This document shows, piece by piece, positions 1 through 8,387 of a stretch of DNA of 64,000 nucleotides; positions within the stretch are counted from its first letter, which is position 1; each line of letters opens with the position of its first letter. The DNA comes from Acidobacteriota bacterium (GTDB lineage: Bacteria > Acidobacteriota > Blastocatellia > Pyrinomonadales > Pyrinomonadaceae), in the NCBI GenBank assembly GCA_032159825.1, contig JAVHWL010000011.1:84003-148002 (forward strand), written 5' to 3'. Both the position numbers and the translations under genes were made by a program. The notes beneath the pieces were generated by a model that searched no databases, had not been told where the DNA came from, and saw only the letters and a program-made list of their open reading frames with translations.

Positions 1-2545
1 AGACGAAGTAGCCTCGCTGCTGAAATTCCAACGAGCGGAAAAAGGCTGAGGAGACTTCAATGCGGTCACAACTGGTGTCTCCGGGCTTGCAGTTATTCAA
101 GGTGTCCTGCCAGCCCTGATAACCGGCAGGCTCAGGCTCACGGTTTAGAAAATCATGATAATGCTGGCGGACGAAAACCGGCGTCTGGTTAATCGGATTT
201 GAAGATGTAGGCGTGCTGTCGTTGTCTATAATCGTCACAGTCGCCGCGCCTGCGCTACCTAGATTAGCTCCCTTCGGATTGTTGAGCATTAGATTCACCG
301 TCTCGTTGCCTTCAACGAAACCATCTTCCGTCACAAGCAAGGTCAGCGTTTTGCTTGTCTCACCATTAGCGAAGTGAAGCGTACCGACCAACGTGGTGAA
401 ATCGTTGCGCTCGGAAGCCGTGCCGCCGCTCGCAACGTAATCTACGAAGACTTCGCCGTTAGTGCCTCCCGAACGAGTAACGGTGATGAAGATACTCCCG
501 TCGCCCTCTCCGACGTTGTAGGCTGCCGCGCCGAATTGCAATGTCTGCTGTTGAGCCGTAAAGGTCGCTGTGAATGTTGTGTTGCTTGAGGGCGTAGAGA
601 TGTTATGAACGCTCGCGCCTGCATCCGACCAGGATGAGAATTGATAAACCACCCCGCCGACCGTTTGCGGCGAGACGGCTCCAAGAGAGCGTGTCATCCC
701 GACGACGCCGACGATCTGTGTTGGAGTGGCGATGGGCTGACCGTCCAGGGTCAGTTGAAGTCCCGCAGGGTTTGTCGCCAGCGTAATCGTAGATGTGCGT
801 GGGTTGATGTCGCGGAAAGATGTATGTGTCAACCCGGCGGAATCTTTCACCGTCAGATGGATGCGATACCAGACGTTGGCCGAAGTCTCGCCCGATGTCG
901 GTATAGTGAAGCTTCCGCTCTGAGAGCCGGTTGTCGCCGGGATGAAGGGATGAACGTGCGTGTCGTGATGAAAATCAACCTGCCAGGTAAAAGCGCTTGC
1001 CGGAAGATTGCCGTCCTCCGGGTCAGTCCCTGTGCCTGAGTAATTGATCGTATCTCCTGCGCTGTAGAGCGTGCCCGCTGCCGGTGTGGTGATGCTGCCG
1101 ACAGGCGGTTGATTCGCCGTCACCGTCAAAGTCGCCTCGCTGCTCGTGGCGTTTCCGAAAGAATTTGAAACGATAACGCGGAACTTCGCGCCGTTATCGG
1201 TTAACGAAACGGACGCCAGCATGTAACTCTGAGAGTTAGCCCCCTGGATGTCGCTGCCGTTTCTCTGCCATTGATAATTAAGCTGCGGCGTGCCGGAGGC
1301 CGCGACGCTAAAGGTCACAGGCTTCCCTTCCGAGATGGTCTGGCTCGCTGGCTGCGTGGTGATAGAGGGAGCTTGATTGCCAGTAAATTGAATTCTGAAA
1401 ACTGCGCCGCTGCCTCTGGCTAGATAGTAGAGATTACCGTCCGGGCCGACTTGTAAATCAACCGGGGAAGAAATGCCGGAGGCAAAGTCCGTCGCGGTGT
1501 TGTTCGCAGGGTCGAATAGCCTGACCCAGCCGCTGCAAAAATCCGCGAAGAAATATTTGCCGACGTAGCTGCTCGGAAACTGGTTAACCGAAGGGTTGTA
1601 GAATGTGCCTCCGGTAATCGCACAGCCGACAGTCGGCCCCGTCCCGTGACCATACGAGAAGAGCGGGCTTCGATAGCTTGGATTAGTAGTCGGGCCTTCC
1701 GTGTTGGGCCAGCCGTAATTCGATCCGGCAATGCCGTCGTCAATCTCTTCCCAGGTGTCTTGCCCGACATCATTGATGAACATCCGGCGCGTCTGGGGCT
1801 GAAAGGCGAATGTATAAGGGTTGCGTAAACCAAGCGCCCAGATAGCGCGGTTGACGCCAGTCGCGGTGTTGAAGAAAGGATTGTCCGACGGGATAGTGCC
1901 GTCCGAGTTGATGCGCAGGACTTTGCCTAGCAGGTTAGTGAGCGTTTGCGAGTTTGAGCTGTTGCCGTTTTCACCGACAGCGATATAGAGTTTGCCGTCT
2001 TCGCCAAAATGCATCGCTCCGCCGTTATGGTTCGACGCGCTGCTCAAATTATTCAACTCAAGGATGACAACCTCGCTATTTGCCGCTGCGACATCGCCGC
2101 TTGCTGTAAAGCGACTCACGCGGTTGTGTACGGGCGCTGCATTGACTGTGTAGTAAACGTAAACGAACTGGTTCGTCGTGAAATTAGGGTCAAACGCGAT
2201 GCCAAGCAGACCGCGCTCTCCCGTCTGGTCGGTGTTGACACTTAAAAACGGAGTTGTTAAGAGCGCGCCGTTCTTGATAACACGAAGCTGCCCTCCTTGC
2301 TGGCAGACGAATAATCTGCCGTCGGGCGCAAATGCCATCGCCGTCGGGTTGGTGAGTCCGGTCGCAACCTGCGTCTCGGCAAAACCCGCAGGAAGCGTTG
2401 CCGCACGCAAAGAAAGCCCGGAAGAGATGAAAACAAGAAACGCGCCGCTAAGAAACCGGATTGTTTTTATTAACCGGGAGGGCTGCTGTAATCGTCCAAC
2501 TCCAATGCGACTCGATTGCTCCGAAATCTCAATAAACAACTTCAT
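1..2545 (-). CDS. Secreted PQQ-dependent (soluble glucose/sorbosone) dehydrogenase-like beta-propeller protein with Ig-like, Calx-beta-like and DUF4214-like C-terminal modules. The 3' end lies outside the window.
   Basis: Absent from the ORF track because it runs off the window edge. My own minus-strand translation from the ATG at 2545 gives MKLFIEISEQ..., a signal-like segment, then GLLGIAFDPNF, NHNGGAMHFGEDGKLY and GLRNPYTFAF. Later come Ig-like repeats and GETSKTLTLLVTEDGFVEGNETV. The frame stays open to position 1. Confidence 0.75.
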   Translation of the reverse strand, partial: MKLFIEISEQSSRIGVGRLQQPSRLIKTIRFLSGAFLVFISSGLSLRAATLPAGFAETQVATGLTNPTAMAFAPDGRLFVCQQGGQLRVIKNGALLTTPFLSVNTDQTGERGLLGIAFDPNFTTNQFVYVYYTVNAAPVHNRVSRFTASGDVAAANSEVVILELNNLSSASNHNGGAMHFGEDGKLYIAVGENGNSSNSQTLTNLLGKVLRINSDGTIPSDNPFFNTATGVNRAIWALGLRNPYTFAFQPQTRRMFINDVGQDTWEEIDDGIAGSNYGWPNTEGPTTNPSYRSPLFSYGHGTGPTVGCAITGGTFYNPSVNQFPSSYVGKYFFADFCSGWVRLFDPANNTATDFASGISSPVDLQVGPDGNLYYLARGSGAVFRIQFTGNQAPSITTQPASQTISEGKPVTFSVAASGTPQLNYQWQRNGSDIQGANSQSYMLASVSLTDNGAKFRVIVSNSFGNATSSEATLTVTANQPPVGSITTPAAGTLYSAGDTINYSGTGTDPEDGNLPASAFTWQVDFHHDTHVHPFIPATTGSQSGSFTIPTSGETSANVWYRIHLTVKDSAGLTHTSFRDINPRTSTITLATNPAGLQLTLDGQPIATPTQIVGVVGMTRSLGAVSPQTVGGVVYQFSSWSDAGASVHNISTPSSNTTFTATFTAQQQTLQFGAAAYNVGEGDGSIFITVTRSGGTNGEVFVDYVASGGTASERNDFTTLVGTLHFANGETSKTLTLLVTEDGFVEGNETVNLMLNNPKGANLGSAGAATVTIIDNDSTPTSSNPINQTPVFVRQHYHDFLNREPEPAGYQGWQDTLNNCKPGDTSCDRIEVSSAFFRSLEFQQRGYFV

Positions 2546-2704
2546 AACTTTCACCCCATGCAGATAGTGCTACGCTCCTCGCCCGGTAAATTCAACGGGC
2601 AATTGAGGGCTAAATATTTAACTCAACTTGGGGCTGAGAGCTTTGGGGGTGGACGTGGAGTATTCTAAAGAAGTTTGGATTTAATTACCAGAAAGAAAAA
2701 ACGC

Positions 2705-2762
2705 GGAACGATGAATGATGAATAAAAGACGCTTGCTTTTCGGCTCATCATTCATCGCTCGG
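2705..2762. repeat. Heptad-arm hairpin, GATGAAY family
   Basis: Arm gaacgatgaatgatga (2707-2722) pairs with tcatcattcatcgctc (2745-2760). It is paralogous to the hairpins at 33196 and 33749. The right arm encodes the last codons and stop of the chelatase N-half gene. Confidence 0.7.
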
Positions 2763-5016
2763 CGTTCATCGTTTCAAAGTTTGCCGCACGCGCCGTTTCT
2801 TCAATCGCACCAAACAACTGTTCGCGCTCATGCTCGGCGGTCGCCTGCCTGTAAGCGGTCAACAACTCTTTGAGCGAGGCAAGCTCTTTGTAGAGACCTG
2901 CGCTTTCAATCGGCGGGGTCAGATAGGAGATCAACTCGGCGTAAGACCTGCGCTTGGCGATAGAGCCTTCCGATGGATTGTTGACGCTGTAGATGTAGAT
3001 GTTCGGTAGCTCTCCGATCAAGCGATCCGGCCAGCACTCGCCGGACAACCCCACCTGCTTGCCCGGCATAAACTCCGTCGCGCCGTGTGTCCCGATATGC
3101 ACGACCGCATCTGCCCGGAAAACTTTTTCGAGGTAAGTATAAAGCGCCATGAACCCGTGATGCGGCGCGCCGCTTCGCGCCATCAGGAGTCTCATCGGAT
3201 CGCCCTCATAGCCGAAAGTTGGTTGCACTCCGAGAAAGATGTTTCCAAGCCGGATGCCCTGAATTAAAAGCTCTCCGCCGAAAGAATTGATGCTACCGGG
3301 CGCGCTGCCCCACTCTTCTTCAATCTCCTCGACAAAGGGACACAGCCGCCTGTACTCGTCAACGCTCATCCGGTAAGCGACGTTTGCAGTCGCGCCGAAA
3401 CTCTCTGAGTTTCCGCCAAGCAGTAGCTCTCGCAACTCATCCGCGCTTGCTGGAACTTCAACTTCATAGCCGTCGCGTTTCAAAGTCCGCAGCATCTCCC
3501 ATGCGCTTGGAAAGACATCAAGATCGGCAGCCGTGCCGATGTTGCCCTTGTTCGGCGGGAAACAGAAAACCAGCAACGCAAGGCGCACATCCACGCGCGC
3601 CGCTGTCTGCAAATGATTCCAACGCTTCAAGCGTCGCGCCAGCCGGTGACAGCGATCTTCCAGGGGCAAGGGTTCGCATTCGCCCGCGCGCAAGCCGCCG
3701 TAAACGAAAGGCTCCGTCGCTCCGTCCAACTCAGGGATGGCGATCTGCATTCCCGCCTGCACAGGATTCAATCCAATCCCTGACTCCTGCCACGACTCAA
3801 CCGTCTGCATATCCAGACTGACGGCTGAGCGAAACGGGCGATTCAACTCACGTAAGAATTTCGCAGCCGCCTCACTATCATTCATCGCAGGCCCGCCAAC
3901 GAAACTGAACCCCGTCAGCGACACCACCTGACTCACACGCGATTTTATTTCAGTCTCAAACTCCCCTTCCTTCTTACCGCCAACTGCCAACTGCCTACTG
4001 CCTATTTCCTTCCGCCCATCGCCTTCAATAAAAAACTTCCCGCATGCCTCGCGGTTGTCCATCAAGGTCGAGATAGCAGGCAGCACAGCAAGTCCTTCGG
4101 CTTCAATCGCACGAATCAGCCCGTCGTAATGTTTTCGCGTGTTGCTCACGATCTGCGGGCGCATCAACAGCAAGCCGATTGTCCTGGCCGGGTCAAGCGT
4201 CTGTTGACCGTTCTTATTGCTTCGACGCTCATACCATTTTCGATATGCAGCGAACGACTCAAAAAGCGTTGGCGCATCCGGGTGATAAATCGCTACCGCA
4301 GGCATCGTCTCCGGCGGCGGGACTTTAATCTCAGCCCGCGTCACACGTTCATCCGGCACATACTGCTGGATCGCATAGAGCACCATCGAGCGAATATTGG
4401 CGGGTGTCGGTTGCAGGAAATAACAGAAGAGATAAAGATAATTCTTGATGTCTCGCAAGCGTCCTGCGCCCGGAACGAAACGCAACAAGCCTGGCAAGCG
4501 ATCAACGAGCTTCAGATACTGTGTGTGATTCCGACTTTTCTTAGCGCGATGAGCACGCGCCTGCTCGCCCATCCACGCGCCAATCCTGCCAGCAAGATGA
4601 TGCGCTCGCTTCTCACCCTCCTGACCCTTTGCCTCGTCTACGCCTTCAAGCGTCTCCGCGCCATCGCTTTTCTTGCCGCCGAACATCCGCCCGAAGTCCA
4701 GCTTCCCCATCCGCGTCCGCCGCATCAGGTCTGGCATACAGTTGATAACAACCACCGCACGATGCCGCGCTTTGTATCGCTCCAGAGAATCCAGCAATCT
4801 CGTCGCATTCTCTCCATCCATCACGTGAATCACGAACACCACATCCGCCCCGCTCAAGTCCCCCTCAACATCCCGCCACTCACCCTCCGTTAACGCCGCG
4901 CCGAAGTTGTACGCCGCAACCCGCAGGTCGAGCGCATACTCACGATTGATCTCGCGCTCCGCCTGCTTGAGAGGAGCGAGAAGACTAGACCCGACATAGA
5001 GAATCGTAACGTTCAT
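2752..5016 (-). CDS. ChlH/BchH/CobN-type chelatase large subunit, N-terminal fragment (about two-thirds of the protein), intact ORF
   Basis: 754 aa. MPDLMRRTRMGKLDFG, FPPNKGNIGTAADLDVF, GVQPTFGYEGDPMRLL, VHIGTHGATEFMPGKQ and NPSEGSIAKRRSYAELISYLTPP match the conserved ChlH/CobN blocks. The ORF stops in the linker just before the LxPxGLHxxG block. Confidence 0.85.
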   Translation of the reverse strand: MNVTILYVGSSLLAPLKQAEREINREYALDLRVAAYNFGAALTEGEWRDVEGDLSGADVVFVIHVMDGENATRLLDSLERYKARHRAVVVINCMPDLMRRTRMGKLDFGRMFGGKKSDGAETLEGVDEAKGQEGEKRAHHLAGRIGAWMGEQARAHRAKKSRNHTQYLKLVDRLPGLLRFVPGAGRLRDIKNYLYLFCYFLQPTPANIRSMVLYAIQQYVPDERVTRAEIKVPPPETMPAVAIYHPDAPTLFESFAAYRKWYERRSNKNGQQTLDPARTIGLLLMRPQIVSNTRKHYDGLIRAIEAEGLAVLPAISTLMDNREACGKFFIEGDGRKEIGSRQLAVGGKKEGEFETEIKSRVSQVVSLTGFSFVGGPAMNDSEAAAKFLRELNRPFRSAVSLDMQTVESWQESGIGLNPVQAGMQIAIPELDGATEPFVYGGLRAGECEPLPLEDRCHRLARRLKRWNHLQTAARVDVRLALLVFCFPPNKGNIGTAADLDVFPSAWEMLRTLKRDGYEVEVPASADELRELLLGGNSESFGATANVAYRMSVDEYRRLCPFVEEIEEEWGSAPGSINSFGGELLIQGIRLGNIFLGVQPTFGYEGDPMRLLMARSGAPHHGFMALYTYLEKVFRADAVVHIGTHGATEFMPGKQVGLSGECWPDRLIGELPNIYIYSVNNPSEGSIAKRRSYAELISYLTPPIESAGLYKELASLKELLTAYRQATAEHEREQLFGAIEETARAANFETMNAER
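3975..4002. repeat. In-frame run of four tandem heptamers (GGCAGTW on the coding strand) inside the chelatase N-half CDS
   Basis: Plus strand reads taccgcc aactgcc aactgcc tactgcc and encodes ...IGSRQLAVGG.... The same heptamer family occurs at 61602-61622. Confidence 0.7.
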
Positions 5017-5030
5017 TCGGCTCGTTTCAA

Positions 5031-5813
5031 TTACGACTTGGCCGCTTCCTTTTTATTTGCCTTCGACATGAGAATTTCAATTGCCTGGAGGATACGCTTT
5101 GCGAGACCCTGCGCTTCTTCGTCATACCTTTCAGGTTCGACGGGTTTGACCTGAATTGCTTGCTCCATCTTACCCGGCAACTCAGAAAGGTTTATTTGAC
5201 TGCTCAAGAGGAGTGGAATAATCGGGATTTTTCTTTCGAGAGTAGCCGCCAGCTCACGCCTCATCCAGGTACTCATAGATTCTGAGATGATAAACACGGC
5301 AACATCCGCTTGGCTAAGTAACTGGCTGATAGAAACCTCCCAGGGCAGCCCGCTCGTTTCGTTCCCCATCAGCAGGACGCGAGCGTCATGCGCGGCCAAG
5401 GCCCTGCTCAAGGCATTCGCAAATGGCGCGTCCGCAATGTTGCAGGAAAAAAAGATAAACCGAGGCGAACTTCCGGCTCCCGCTCCGCCACCTGCGGCCT
5501 CCGATGTCTCATCATCTTGCTTATCTTCTTCGGCAGAGGATTTTAGTTCGAGCCAGCGCTTGAGGCTTCTTTTAGAGCCATCCTTGTGGACGACCTGAGC
5601 GCGAATCAGGAATTCGCCCCAGCCTTCGGAGTCCAAACGAAATTTCGAGCCTCGATCATCAACACGACGAACAGGCTGCGGAAACGAGGGGTGTAAAGTG
5701 TATTCAACATATTCGATTCGATCCAGGGCGTCACTGTCGCCTTCAATCCAGACAGACCATCTCCACCAGTTGTCTTGCTCAGAAGTCGCCTTCTGTTTGA
5801 TGCTGATCCTCAT
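5031..5813 (-). CDS. Prokaryotic YEATS-like (pYEATS) domain fused to a TIR domain
   Basis: 260 aa. Residues 15-78, WWRWSVWIEG...VEYTLHPSFPQPVRRV...FRLDSEGWGEFLIRAQV, match the YEATS signature (LHxSF..P.R, GWGEF.I). An acidic/Gly linker follows. Residues 117-205, RFIFFSCNIADAPFANALSRAL...ADVAVFIISESMSTWMRRELAATLERKIPIIPLLL, match the TIR_2-type pattern (FISY-like start, S.W...E, K.IIP). A strong RBS (aggagaagg) overlaps the upstream stop. Confidence 0.75.
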   Translation of the reverse strand: MRISIKQKATSEQDNWWRWSVWIEGDSDALDRIEYVEYTLHPSFPQPVRRVDDRGSKFRLDSEGWGEFLIRAQVVHKDGSKRSLKRWLELKSSAEEDKQDDETSEAAGGGAGAGSSPRFIFFSCNIADAPFANALSRALAAHDARVLLMGNETSGLPWEVSISQLLSQADVAVFIISESMSTWMRRELAATLERKIPIIPLLLSSQINLSELPGKMEQAIQVKPVEPERYDEEAQGLAKRILQAIEILMSKANKKEAAKS

Positions 5814-5823
5814 TTGCCTTCTC

Positions 5824-6504
5824 CTATATCTGGCTTAACTCAATTTGCACCCATTGCGGTGTGGCGACTGACTGCCATTTCGCGTCTTGCAGCTTGACCT
5901 CAAGCTGGATTATATAGTCATCCCGCACGCCTACCAGATAGACGAACGTTCCACCGGTTTCACGAATGGCCTCCTCGGTTTCGTTCCATTTCGTCCACTT
6001 TTCGGCATAAAACCGGTAACGGCATTTGATTTCACCCTGACTTACGGTGCGCGCCAGATCGGGCGGTAAGATCATCACTTTGAGTGTGCGGCCAATCTCC
6101 CGCTTCCACAGCCCGATAGTATCGGAGAGCCTGAGAAAAGCCGGGAGAGGGTTCTGGCGATCAAAAGGAATGTACTCGTGCGCAGCGTACATGCCGCCAA
6201 CGTCCACATCGGTCTCTATGAGCGCGATAGTGCGCAGCTTATTATCCCGCGCGTAGTTCAACTCTTCCTGCACCCATTGATGGGTTGTATATCTGGTGTT
6301 TGTGATTTTGTCGCGTTGGGTAAGAAGAGCAATCAGCGCGTCCGAATCGGCAATGCGCTCCTTCACGGCTGGCGTGAGCGCGTCACCGCCCAGGTTTTCT
6401 CCGGTAACTGCCGGGACATCGTGGCTTCCAAGCAACTGTTGCACCTGGTTAGCCAACTCACGGTCATTGGGTCTGAAAGCGAATGCAAGGAATATTCTTT
6501 TCAT
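5824..6504 (-). CDS. TIR-like domain protein with an uncharacterised beta-rich C-terminal domain
   Basis: 226 aa. The N-terminal 115 aa, IFLAFAFRPNDRELANQVQQLL...SDALIALLTQRD...THQWVQEELNYARDNKLRTIALIE, follow the TIR_2/TIR-like flavodoxin-fold pattern. The C-terminal 100 aa (KVMILPP...CRYRFYAEKWTKW...FVYLVGVRDDYIIQLEVKL) are strand-rich and match no family I recognise. Confidence 0.65.
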   Translation of the reverse strand: MKRIFLAFAFRPNDRELANQVQQLLGSHDVPAVTGENLGGDALTPAVKERIADSDALIALLTQRDKITNTRYTTHQWVQEELNYARDNKLRTIALIETDVDVGGMYAAHEYIPFDRQNPLPAFLRLSDTIGLWKREIGRTLKVMILPPDLARTVSQGEIKCRYRFYAEKWTKWNETEEAIRETGGTFVYLVGVRDDYIIQLEVKLQDAKWQSVATPQWVQIELSQI

Positions 6505-6632
6505 AGTTCGGCTCCGTTGAGGGTTAGGTGAAAGCAGAGCGGGGTTTGCCTGCGGCCATAGGCTAATCGCTGAAAAGAGCAGTTAGCTAGTAAGAGCGAT
6601 ATTCCAGAGCAAGGCAGCTATCATTTCACAGG

Positions 6633-8387
6633 TTAATCAATCCCTTCAAGCTGATCTTCCAGCCCGGCGAAAATTTCTCGCAACCGCTCAAGGGCGTAAG
6701 TCTCCACAGCCCAGAAGCCGCGCCCGTGCGCTTCCAGCAGACGCCCGACGAGCGAACGCGCCGAATGTGGATTAAGCTCACGCAGGCGGTCGAGCATCTC
6801 TTTGTCAAAGACGAAGGTGTTCGCAACCTCCGTATAGACCCAATCATCAACCGCGTCTGCGGTCGCACTCCAGCCGAAGGTGTTGCTGATGTGGCTTTCG
6901 ATTTCGGCTACACCGCGAAAGCCGTGCTTGAGCATCCCTTCGTACCATTTCGGATTGAGCGTCTTGGCGCGCGTTTCCAGGCGCACAGTCTCTTCGAGCG
7001 AGCGTATTTTGGAATCGCGCGAGAGCGTGTCTGACAGATAAACGGCTGGGCGCACGCGCGCTCGATTCTCAACCGCCTTCGTGACGCCGCCCAGGTATTC
7101 AAAGTAATGATCCACGTCCGTGATGCCTATCTCGAACGTGTCTATGTTTTGATACGTAGCTTCGACCTTCGAGAGAGCGCGCTCCATCGCATGGCGCGCT
7201 TCGCGTCCTTCGACCGCTCTGCCCTCGGCGTCGCGCCCGTAAGCGAAACACTTGCGCGTGACGAAAAGATCGCCGAGCGTATCGTCCTGCTCCCACTGCG
7301 AATCCATCACCATGAAGTTGACGTTCGTGCCGTAGTTGCCCGGCGCGTTTGAGAAGACGCGCAAGGCCGCCTCGTCAAAGAGGCATCCGTCCTGTTTCAT
7401 CTGCTCATCAATGTTGCCCCGCACATAATTCATCTCCGGCGATTCGTCGAGTACGGCGACGGCGCGGACGGCTTTGTCCAGAAGGAGAATCGTCGCGCCG
7501 AAGAGATCGCGGAAAATTCCTGAAACCGTCATCACGACATCAATGCGCGGGCGTCCCAGCTTTTCGAGCGGGATTATTTCAACTCCGGTCGCGCGGTTCA
7601 AACTATCGCGCACGGGGCGCACGCCCAAAAGCCACAGAGCTTGCGCGACGCCTTCGCCCTGCGTCTTGATGTTGTCCAATCCCCAGAGCACTAAGGCCAT
7701 CGCACGCGGATATGTGCCATGTTCCGAGAGGTGTCGTTCGAGCAAACTGCTGACGACTCGCTCGGCTCGCGCGTATGCAACACGGGAAGGAACCAGGTAG
7801 GGGTTGACGGCGTGCGTGTTTCTCCCTGTCGGTAGAATGTCAGGATTCTGCACGATGTCCGCGCCCGGCCCAGGCTCTATATATTCGCCTCGCAAAGCGC
7901 GCGTCAGACTCTCAAGCTCGCCGTTGGTCGCCAACTGATCGCAGATTCTTGAGAGCAGGGAGAAAATGTTGCGCGAGGCTTCCCTCTTCACACGCGCAGT
8001 CGCTTCCAACCAGAGAGACGCAGCCTCCGCACCCTGCTTGATGAAAAGCTCTATCGCCGCATGGACAATCTCGTCAACGCGCTCGCGTTCCGACAATCGC
8101 TCAACATTCTCTTTACCGGCACGGAGCAGTTCAGTGTATCCGTTGAAACCTGAGCCTTCCGCAACCAGGTCGGGCAAAGCTCGCGCGTTCGCTTCGGGCC
8201 TGTCAAACGACGCTACCATCCTCAGCATGTCAACACGCGCCGCTTCCTCCGGCACACGACCGAAGACGTGCAAGCCCGTCGGTATCAGGCGCTGCTCAAT
8301 CTCCACCACCTGCTCGTAAAGCTCAAGCACGCGGCGGTCGCGCTCCTTCGACGTGAGCGTTTCAATCGTTGAGTTTTCTTCGCTCAC
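6633..8387 (-). CDS. ChlH/BchH/CobN-type chelatase large subunit, C-terminal fragment, intact ORF
   Basis: 584 aa. The GTG start overlaps the upstream TGA (GTGA). RLIPTGLHVFG, EYIEPGPGADIVQNPDILPTGRN, LWGLDNIKTQGEG, GRPRIDVVMTVSGIFRD, LNPKWYEGML and EAHGRGFW match the C-terminal third of ChlH/CobN. It begins exactly where the N-half (2752-5016) ends. Confidence 0.85.
   Translation of the reverse strand: MSEENSTIETLTSKERDRRVLELYEQVVEIEQRLIPTGLHVFGRVPEEAARVDMLRMVASFDRPEANARALPDLVAEGSGFNGYTELLRAGKENVERLSERERVDEIVHAAIELFIKQGAEAASLWLEATARVKREASRNIFSLLSRICDQLATNGELESLTRALRGEYIEPGPGADIVQNPDILPTGRNTHAVNPYLVPSRVAYARAERVVSSLLERHLSEHGTYPRAMALVLWGLDNIKTQGEGVAQALWLLGVRPVRDSLNRATGVEIIPLEKLGRPRIDVVMTVSGIFRDLFGATILLLDKAVRAVAVLDESPEMNYVRGNIDEQMKQDGCLFDEAALRVFSNAPGNYGTNVNFMVMDSQWEQDDTLGDLFVTRKCFAYGRDAEGRAVEGREARHAMERALSKVEATYQNIDTFEIGITDVDHYFEYLGGVTKAVENRARVRPAVYLSDTLSRDSKIRSLEETVRLETRAKTLNPKWYEGMLKHGFRGVAEIESHISNTFGWSATADAVDDWVYTEVANTFVFDKEMLDRLRELNPHSARSLVGRLLEAHGRGFWAVETYALERLREIFAGLEDQLEGID

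Noticed and set aside
4129-4893. 254-aa plus-strand ORF inside the chelatase N-half gene. Similar cases are 3384-3821, 7349-7800, 8573-9157 and 9186-9770.
   Set aside because: It is antisense to a strongly motif-supported CDS and is Arg/Ser/Pro-rich, the typical composition of high-GC shadow ORFs. It has no recognisable domain and no RBS.
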